A program made the translations under genes and the position numbers. This document shows positions 56,933 to 64,000 of a stretch of 64,000 nt of DNA, piece after piece (the stretch's first letter is position 1; each line of letters starts with the position of its first letter). The notes under the pieces are model-generated. The model did not search any database and was not told the DNA's origin. It saw nothing but the letters and a program-made list of their open reading frames with translations. This stretch comes from a bacterium (GTDB lineage Bacteria; Zhuqueibacterota; Zhuqueibacteria; Residuimicrobiales; Krinioviventaceae): assembly GCA_963675755.2 (NCBI GenBank), contig CAXXMD010000002.1, positions 2,016,001-2,080,000 of the forward strand, written 5' to 3'.

Positions 56933-58477
56933 ATGAAGCGCAGACAATTCTTAAAATCCATTTCTGCTGTCAGTATGGCAAGTCTTGCCGGATTTAATTG
57001 TACAAAAACGTCAAAATCAAACCGCCCTAATATTGTTCTCATATATGCAGATGACCTGGGTTACGGAGATCTGAGTTGTTACGGAGCCACCCGGGTAAAT
57101 ACACCCAACATTGACAGCCTGGCAAAAAACGGGATCAAATTTACGCAGGCCTATGCCACAGCTGCCACTTGCACACCGTCACGTTATTCCCTGCTAACCG
57201 GTCAGTATGCCTGGCGGAAAAAAGGTACGGGCATTGCTCCTGGCGATGCTTCTCTGCTTATTCCAACAAATATCACTACATTGCCATCAATGCTTGGCAA
57301 TGCCGGTTATACATGCGGAGTAGTGGGTAAATGGCATTTGGGATTAGGTGAGAAAAAACCAAACTGGAACACTGAAATAAAACCGGGGCCGCTTGAAATT
57401 GGATTTGATTATTCTTTTTTAATTCCCGCAACAGGAGATCGTGTTCCCTGCGTTTATGTTGAAAACCATAATGTAGTGGGACTCGATCCGTCAGATCCCA
57501 TAACAGTCAGTTTTGAAAAAAATGTTGGCAACTCTCCTACTGGCGTTTCTCATCCGGAAATGTTAAAATTTAAAGGCGATCCTCAACACAGCAACACAAT
57601 TGTCAATGGTGTAAGCAGAATCGGATTCATGACCGGTGGTAAATCCGCCCATTGGGTTGACGAAGATATGGCAGTTGTAATTAGCAGTAAAGCAGTCAAC
57701 TTTATTGAACAAAATCAAAACAGTCCCTTTTTCCTCTACTTTTCCCTGCACGATATTCACGTACCGCGCGTTCCGAATCCCCGCTTTGTCGGCAAAACCG
57801 AAATGGGGCCTCGCGGAGATGCCATTGTTCAGGCGGACTGGTGTGTGGGAGAAATTCTAAACGTTTTGAAAAAACAGGGATTGTCAGAAAATACGATAGT
57901 TATATTCAGCTCCGATAACGGTCCGGTTTTGAACGATGGTTACGATGACCATGCGGAAGAACTCAAGGGTGACCACAAGGTAGCGGGTCCACTACGCGGC
58001 GGAAAATACAGCAGTTTTGAAGGCGGTACCCGCATTCCGCTTTTACTTCAATGGCCCTCAAAAGTAAAACCAGCAATCAGCAATGCTCTGGTCAGTCAGG
58101 TTGATTTCCTTGCCTCTTTTGCAGCATTAACAAAACAAACACTCTCTGACAAAGACGCACCTGACAGCATAGACAATCTGGCAGCCCTGCTTGGCAAAGA
58201 CCCGGTTGGACGCAGCCACATTGTTGAACAATCCGCTGAAAACTTTATCAACCTGCGAAAAGGGAAATGGAAATTTATCCAACCCGGAAGAGGCCCCAAG
58301 CTCAATGTTGTTAAAAACATTGAAACCGGAAGAGATACCAATCCGCAGCTTTATGATATATCCACGGATGTGGGTGAAAAATTAAACGTTGCAGATAAAT
58401 ACCCGCAAATCCTGCAAGAAATGGAAACCCTGCTGCAAAAAATACGTGAAACCGGAGACAGGTCTTTACGTAGTTAA
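56933..58477 (+). CDS. Arylsulfatase (Cys-type FGly sulfatase), Tat-exported
   Basis: MKRRQFLK, PNIVLIYADDLG, CTPSR, GKWHLG and SSDNG. Confidence 0.95.
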   Translation: MKRRQFLKSISAVSMASLAGFNCTKTSKSNRPNIVLIYADDLGYGDLSCYGATRVNTPNIDSLAKNGIKFTQAYATAATCTPSRYSLLTGQYAWRKKGTGIAPGDASLLIPTNITTLPSMLGNAGYTCGVVGKWHLGLGEKKPNWNTEIKPGPLEIGFDYSFLIPATGDRVPCVYVENHNVVGLDPSDPITVSFEKNVGNSPTGVSHPEMLKFKGDPQHSNTIVNGVSRIGFMTGGKSAHWVDEDMAVVISSKAVNFIEQNQNSPFFLYFSLHDIHVPRVPNPRFVGKTEMGPRGDAIVQADWCVGEILNVLKKQGLSENTIVIFSSDNGPVLNDGYDDHAEELKGDHKVAGPLRGGKYSSFEGGTRIPLLLQWPSKVKPAISNALVSQVDFLASFAALTKQTLSDKDAPDSIDNLAALLGKDPVGRSHIVEQSAENFINLRKGKWKFIQPGRGPKLNVVKNIETGRDTNPQLYDISTDVGEKLNVADKYPQILQEMETLLQKIRETGDRSLRS

Positions 58478-58538
58478 CATTGAAAACAGCGAAAACAATC
58501 TTTTCGCATCATTCAATCATTGACTACAAGGGGCTATA

Positions 58539-59141
58539 ATGAAACGTACAGAGCTTTATCATCCACGGGTGTTTGACTCTCTCTGGGCGGAAAAATATTA
58601 CAAAAATAATTTTAAAAATATCCAGCGAGCGGGTAAAGATATTGTAAAAATTCTCAAACAGTATGGATTCAAAAGCGGTAAAATCCTTGACGCGGGTTGC
58701 GGTTTTGGAGCCATAGATATAGAAATAGCAAAAGCCTTTCCTAAAGCAGAAATTGTAGCAGTAGACCTTTCCGAACCGCTGCTCGAGATTGCCAGACGGG
58801 ATGCCGAAAAAAATAAAACATCTGACAGAATTACCTTTCAACCGGGCGATGTACATAACCTGAGCTTTGATACTGCATCCTTTGACCTGGTAATCAATAC
58901 TTTTTTGCTGCATATAGTTGAACACCCCATCGACATGCTGAACGAATTGGACCGAGTGACAAAGCCAAACGGTCATATTATCGTTCTCGACCTCTGCAGA
59001 AACTGGCTGGCATGGATCATTAAAGAGCTTCGCAAATCCTTAACACTGACCGAAGCCTGTGAAATCATCAAAAAATCGAATATACGTCAGGGAAAAACCT
59101 CACGGGGCGCCTATTGGTGGGCCTGGGAATCAGACAGTTGA
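58539..59141 (+). CDS. Class I SAM-dependent methyltransferase
   Basis: ILDAGCGFG, GDVHNLSF and SFDLV. Confidence 0.9.
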   Translation: MKRTELYHPRVFDSLWAEKYYKNNFKNIQRAGKDIVKILKQYGFKSGKILDAGCGFGAIDIEIAKAFPKAEIVAVDLSEPLLEIARRDAEKNKTSDRITFQPGDVHNLSFDTASFDLVINTFLLHIVEHPIDMLNELDRVTKPNGHIIVLDLCRNWLAWIIKELRKSLTLTEACEIIKKSNIRQGKTSRGAYWWAWESDS

Positions 59142-59550
59142 AATCCTACTAGTTTTTACCAACTAATGGGGGATTGAATCATGTTGTTATTTAATCATGT
59201 GATAATTGCTACACTTTGTGGTCCGGACTTGAGATTTTTTTGCATAGCAGTGGCTATACCTGTTCTACCGGTTGTTGTTTTCGCCATAGGACAATAGTCA
59301 TGGGCACCATTTACGACTTTTTAACTGTGCTTATTACCTCTATTATTCAAAGCCAATCACATTCAAACGCCTGATTCAAGATTCCGGGGATCAGATCATA
59401 ACCTGCTCCCCTTTTATTTCAAGTTCGAACAACGCATTTTCAAACCCGTCCATTTGTCACTCCAAAAAACCGCTTGCGCTTTGAATCAACAAACATTACC
59501 TTGAGTCTTGCCTTAAAAATTTTCTAAAAAACATAAAAAATGGAGACCTC

Positions 59551-60741
59551 ATGAAAAAACTCTTGCTACTGATTATACTGCTTCCGATGTTTATTTTTGC
59601 ACAACACAATATCACCATTGACGGAGATTTCAGCGACTGGCAGGATGTGTCCGTGGCTGTTACCGATCCTGCTGATGATGTTCATCATACAGACGGTTAC
59701 CCGGCTGGTACTGCACCCGGTTACCGTGCATATAGCGATGTCGATATACTGGAAGTTAAATTCACCAACGATGCTGAAAACCTGTTTGGCTACATGAGTG
59801 CAACCGGTATTATCGGAAACACATCATCCGATACACTGGGGCACACTAAAAAAGGCCGTTATTACTTTATCTTTACAATTGATGTAGATGAAAATGAAGA
59901 TACCGGTTACCGTCTCAATGAAGGTGGGTATTACCCGGATAGTGATGGTTACGATGTAAATATGGAAGTTGAATTCTATAACGGTGGGTTCAACACCGGC
60001 CACTATATCAATCACGAATTCTTGTCAGACAATGCAGTTGAAACCCAGGGCATGCAGGATCTTGAAGACGGCATTATTCGTCTTGCTCCCGGTGTATACG
60101 ACTATTATTCACAATGGGTTACCTTTGACGACTCTTCTTATGTAGTGGTTGCTGACAAGGGCCCCGTTTACCAGGGGATCATCACCATTGCTGTATCAGA
60201 AGACGGTCATCAAGCAGAAATGAAAGCACCCATGTGGGGATTCTTGAAAACTCCGGAAGGCACTCCCATTATCGATTTGGGATACACCCTTAAAGTCTCT
60301 GCATCGCTCGAAGGCAGCGGAGAGCTGTCCGAAGAATCTATCAACGCAGGCTACACGGCCGGCAGTCATTCGGAATGGGGATCAGATACGGCAGAACCCT
60401 TCCTCTATACTGTCATGGATCCCGCAACATCAGTTGCAGACAATTCTGAAAATGCAGTACCGCAAACAACAGTATTGCATCCCAACTATCCCAATCCATT
60501 CAATCCACAGACTACAATAGAATATGAATTGACAGAAAACGCGTATACAAACCTGTCCGTTTATAACATACTCGGCAAAGAAATCAAATCACTGGTTTCC
60601 GAAAATCAAACCCCGGGTGTCTATCGAATTTCATGGGATGGTAAAGATAATTCAGGCAATAACGTAGGATCAGGATTTTATTTCATCCAGCTCCAAACAG
60701 GAAACACCCTCCTCAGCCAAAAAGCTGTTCTGATTAGATAA
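59551..60741 (+). CDS. Secreted acidic protein with FlgD/T9SS-type C-terminal domain
   Basis: ITIDGDFSDW N-terminus and NYPNPFNP...WDGKD...SG.YF C-terminus. Confidence 0.8.
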   Translation: MKKLLLLIILLPMFIFAQHNITIDGDFSDWQDVSVAVTDPADDVHHTDGYPAGTAPGYRAYSDVDILEVKFTNDAENLFGYMSATGIIGNTSSDTLGHTKKGRYYFIFTIDVDENEDTGYRLNEGGYYPDSDGYDVNMEVEFYNGGFNTGHYINHEFLSDNAVETQGMQDLEDGIIRLAPGVYDYYSQWVTFDDSSYVVVADKGPVYQGIITIAVSEDGHQAEMKAPMWGFLKTPEGTPIIDLGYTLKVSASLEGSGELSEESINAGYTAGSHSEWGSDTAEPFLYTVMDPATSVADNSENAVPQTTVLHPNYPNPFNPQTTIEYELTENAYTNLSVYNILGKEIKSLVSENQTPGVYRISWDGKDNSGNNVGSGFYFIQLQTGNTLLSQKAVLIR

Positions 60742-60754
60742 TTCAAAAAACAAC

Positions 60755-60805
60755 ACACCGGTGCCTTAATATCCATCATAAATGGATATATCAAAGGCCC
60801 GGTGT
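60755..60805. repeat. Dispersed palindromic element, copy A
   Basis: acaccggtgcct...aggcccggtgt with an inner atatcc/ggatat stem; related to 62599-62651. Confidence 0.65.
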
Positions 60806-61015
60806 ATTTTTATGAATACCTATTCTTACTATTTCCAACAACTCCCATCTGCCATTTTCCGTCACACTCATTTGATTGTACCAGACATTCGTCCCGATTA
60901 ATCAAATCAATTCCATTGGCTCAAAATATTTCACTGGATTCTAATCAATATTATTATATTTTATAAACAAGGTTGGGAGTTTAAATAAATACATTATTGA
61001 ATCAAGGAGAGCAAA

Positions 61016-62443
61016 ATGGATTATAATGTATCACGTCGTAGTTTTATGAAAAGTGTTTCTGCTGTAACCGCTGCAGCCTCTGCCCCGTTAATTCTACCAA
61101 AATCAGTATTTGGTGCCAATGACCGCATTACTGTAGCGGTACTGGGTGTTAGAGGACGTGGGAAAAGTCATATTGAAGGCTTTATGGAGCAGGATAATGT
61201 AGAAGTTGTCACATTGTGTGATCCTGATAAAAATGTGCTGGCTGAACGCGCAAAAACATTTCAGGAAACCTATGGTAAAAAAGTAAAACAGGTTCAGGAT
61301 TTGCGCAAAGTTATGGATGACAAAAAAGTCGATGTTGTATCAATTGCAACACCAAACCATTGGCATTCATTAGCTACTATCTGGGCTTGCCAGGCAGGTA
61401 AAGATGTATACGTCGAAAAACCCATGAGCCATAATATTTTTGAAGGCGGACAAGCAGTAGCAGCCGCCCGCAAATACGACCGTATTGTGCAGCATGGTAC
61501 CCAGAGCCGTTCAAGCCAGAGTTGGGGTAAAATCATTGCCGCAATCCAGTCCGAAAAATTTGGTAAATTGCTCGTATCAAAAGGATATTGCTGTAAACCC
61601 AGATGGAGTATTGGTTTTAAACCCTTTAAACAGCCACCCGCACATCTGGATTTTGATTTATGGGCTGGCCCTGCTCTGGATGATCGCTATCACGAAAACC
61701 TCGTACATTATAACTGGCACTGGTTCTGGCATACCGGTAATGGAGATACCGGCAACCAGGGTGTTCACCAGATGGATATTGCTCGTTGGGCTATCAAAGG
61801 CGCAACATGGCCTACAAAAGTATGGGCAATGGGCGGTCGTTTTGGCTATGACGATCAGGGAGAAACACCCAATACCCAGCTCGCCATGATGCAGTTTGGT
61901 GATGTGTTAATGTTGTTTGAAACACGGGGACTTGTTGGTGGTGAATCCAAAATGCCGCGCAAAGTGACAAATGAATTCTATACCACAGAAGGCATGTTTG
62001 ATGATAAACGCTTTTATCCCAAAGACGGTGGTACCCCCATTGAACTGGATGATTTTGAATCCGCAGTTAAACCGGGTAATAATTTTGAGAACTTAATTAA
62101 TGCTGTACGCAGTCACAATGTTAAAGAATTGAATGCAGATGTGCTTGAAGGTCATTATTCTTCGGCATTATGTCATTTACCAAACATTTCTCAACGCTTG
62201 GGTGAACAGGTACCATTCAAAACCCCCAAACAGGTATTGGAAAATGAAGTGGCCTATGACGCATGGCAAATGGTAGAAAAGAACCTGGCATGGGGACTGG
62301 ATTTGGATCTGCACAACATGACGTATCAGAATGGGCTTGAATTGGCTTTTGATCCGGAAACGGAAAAATTCACCAATGAAAATGCCAATGCAATGTTGAC
62401 ACGTACTTACCGCGCACCTTATATAGTGCCTGAAACCGTTTAA
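61016..62443 (+). CDS. Gfo/Idh/MocA oxidoreductase, Tat-exported
   Basis: SRRSFMK, GVRGRG, ATPNHWH, VYVEKP and GVHQMD. Confidence 0.93.
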   Translation: MDYNVSRRSFMKSVSAVTAAASAPLILPKSVFGANDRITVAVLGVRGRGKSHIEGFMEQDNVEVVTLCDPDKNVLAERAKTFQETYGKKVKQVQDLRKVMDDKKVDVVSIATPNHWHSLATIWACQAGKDVYVEKPMSHNIFEGGQAVAAARKYDRIVQHGTQSRSSQSWGKIIAAIQSEKFGKLLVSKGYCCKPRWSIGFKPFKQPPAHLDFDLWAGPALDDRYHENLVHYNWHWFWHTGNGDTGNQGVHQMDIARWAIKGATWPTKVWAMGGRFGYDDQGETPNTQLAMMQFGDVLMLFETRGLVGGESKMPRKVTNEFYTTEGMFDDKRFYPKDGGTPIELDDFESAVKPGNNFENLINAVRSHNVKELNADVLEGHYSSALCHLPNISQRLGEQVPFKTPKQVLENEVAYDAWQMVEKNLAWGLDLDLHNMTYQNGLELAFDPETEKFTNENANAMLTRTYRAPYIVPETV

Positions 62444-62445
62444 AT

Positions 62446-62478
62446 AAAAATCCCCCCAGCTTAACCACTGGGGGGATT
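62446..62478. terminator. Terminator-like hairpin
   Basis: aatccccccag...ctggggggatt. Confidence 0.65.
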
Positions 62479-62598
62479 GATCATTTCTCATCTAAAGTTT
62501 TACTGCGTCCAATCCACCAGCAAGTCAATGGATTTTCTCTCGCCAGGCTGAGCTTTATCAATACATTTCAAATCTTTACTTTTCAATAATAAAATATT

Positions 62599-62651
62599 CA
62601 CCGGTGCCTGAGTGTCCCGAACTTGCTTCGGGATGTATCGAAGGCCCGGTG
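62599..62651. repeat. Dispersed palindromic element, copy B
   Basis: caccggtgcctgag...tcgaaggcccggtg with an inner tcccgaa/ttcggga stem. Confidence 0.65.
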
Positions 62652-62739
62652 CTTCTCGTCGCCCTACTCAAGCCAATAACTTTACTGTCTTTCATCTTTT
62701 TATGCTACTGACAACTAATAACTGATTACTGATAACTTT

Positions 62740-64000
62740 TTACTTTCCATGAAACAACAATTCAGCAGGGATCTCACTCTTTTCAATTCCCGGCCCTTTC
62801 CAGGTCAATTTCAAAGTCTGCCCGCCAGCCATCTGAAAATATTTACATTCTAACTTGTGCTTGCCCTTTTTCAAAGCAATAGATACAGACATTTCACGAG
62901 TCCAATGTCCCCCGTCATTATTGATCACCAACTTTTCATCAATATACAGCACACTGCCGTCATTAGATTCAAGGTAAAAAACATACTGCCCGTCCTGCGG
63001 AACATCCACATATCCATTGAAAATAAACGCGTAATCATAATCACGACGACGTTTGTCAATATTGAATCCGTCCAGAGTTCCTGAAGAAACAAACGGCAGC
63101 TTTTCGATCTGATCACATTTCGTCGCACTGCCCTCAAAATACTGGTAGAATATTCCCGGACCCGGCTGGGCACCCAGTTGTAATGCCTGCTGATACACAT
63201 CAACACCTACGTATGCAGAGACGATACGGCTGGGCGGTTTCCCATCCGAAAAAGCCTGCATGAGCAAAATAGTCGAACCTGACACAGTGAACGGTTCTTT
63301 ATACAACACACCTCTAGTCAGTGCAGGCAGACTTTCATCCAGCGTATAACGGATAATCGCCCCGTTTTCACAATCCAGTTCAACAGTACCATCTTTATCT
63401 TTTTTAATCACCGGGTCAGCGGTTGCCTCGGAATAGATCCAGTCAAGGCTCAACCGGGTGATCTGGGTGGTTTCCAATCCATTGCTGTTACGACGGATAC
63501 CGGCACAATGGCCCAACAGTACACAATCCTCTAAAAATTCAATGGCGGTATAACAGTACCATCCGTAAGGATCATTCTCAATCGTTTTGATCTTTTTCCA
63601 GGTTTTTCCCTCATCTGATGACAATGCCAGATTATAGGGTGTTCGCTTGCCGCTTTCCAGTGCGTCTTTATAATTATTGTTCCATAACAGCAGCAGATCG
63701 CCAGTGGAAGGTATACGCTCAATAGATGCGGGAGATAACGGGGATTTTATATTACCCGGTTCAAGATCGGACCATGTCTCTCCCCGGTCATTCGACCAGG
63801 TAAAATATTGTTCACCGGCATCGGTTCGACAAAACATCAAGAGTCTGCCGGATTTCAACTCGATAATCCCTGGTTCCTGGGTAACAACTTTATTGGGATT
63901 CGCGGCTTCGCTGCTTTTATGAAATGTGACACCATTATCATCCGAGTAATAACTCATAATACGGGCAATTGGACTGTTATAGTTTTCATCAACATGCAGA
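62740..64000 (-). CDS. Sialidase-like (BNR/Asp-box) protein with FN3-associated and PA14 domains; 5' end beyond the window
   Basis: Asp boxes SDDNGVTF, SNDRGETW and SSDEGKTW; IRYTLD; PA14 motif SNDGS...NDGGH. Confidence 0.88.
   Translation of the reverse strand, partial: LHVDENYNSPIARIMSYYSDDNGVTFHKSSEAANPNKVVTQEPGIIELKSGRLLMFCRTDAGEQYFTWSNDRGETWSDLEPGNIKSPLSPASIERIPSTGDLLLLWNNNYKDALESGKRTPYNLALSSDEGKTWKKIKTIENDPYGWYCYTAIEFLEDCVLLGHCAGIRRNSNGLETTQITRLSLDWIYSEATADPVIKKDKDGTVELDCENGAIIRYTLDESLPALTRGVLYKEPFTVSGSTILLMQAFSDGKPPSRIVSAYVGVDVYQQALQLGAQPGPGIFYQYFEGSATKCDQIEKLPFVSSGTLDGFNIDKRRRDYDYAFIFNGYVDVPQDGQYVFYLESNDGSVLYIDEKLVINNDGGHWTREMSVSIALKKGKHKLECKYFQMAGGQTLKLTWKGPGIEKSEIPAELLFHGK

Noticed and set aside
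59350-59420. Riboswitch-like sequence upstream of 59551
   Set aside because: Some pairing potential, but no match to TPP, cobalamin, SAM or c-di-GMP consensus motifs that I could confirm.
62705-62737. Short 7-bp degenerate tandem (actgaca/actaata/actgatt/actgata)
   Set aside because: Only four to five low-complexity units, so no functional claim is supportable.

Overview
AT-rich bacterial chromosomal DNA, probably from an FCB-group organism such as KSB1 or Calditrichota. That placement is inferred from secreted proteins ending in an NYPNPFNP-type C-terminal sorting domain. The standout feature is an 11.2-kb, co-oriented, translationally coupled virion-structure operon on the minus strand (1981-13144). 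In transcription order it encodes portal, an 87-aa ORF, HK97-type prohead protease/scaffold, decoration protein, major capsid, two neck proteins, tail terminator and tail tube. Next come an unannotated 57-aa ORF in the tape-measure slot, two paralogous 127-aa distal-tail-like proteins flanking a ~1000-aa hub protein with LVIVD repeats, and a holin-like pair. No terminase, integrase, repressor, replication gene, tail chaperone, full tape measure or endolysin is visible. Where a terminase would sit there is a ~10.7-copy array of a 42-bp REP-like hairpin. Beyond the array lies a divergent AbiEi/AbiEii (type IV TA/abortive infection) pair with a nested palindromic operator. The cluster is a candidate domesticated, GTA-like or short-tailed phage-derived particle, but a decaying prophage cannot be excluded from this window alone. 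The rest is metabolic and envelope genes: FAD oxidase, nitrilase, two GGTs, GH31, GH28, sulfatase, sialidase, a HlyD-VTC-DUF4956-CYTH block, a PQQ-propeller/PKD surface protein, a TetR-RND efflux operon, two cold-shock proteins, an ECF sigma/anti-sigma/repeat-protein operon and others. No rRNA, tRNA or CRISPR array was recognised. All family assignments come from motif recognition by eye, not database searches.
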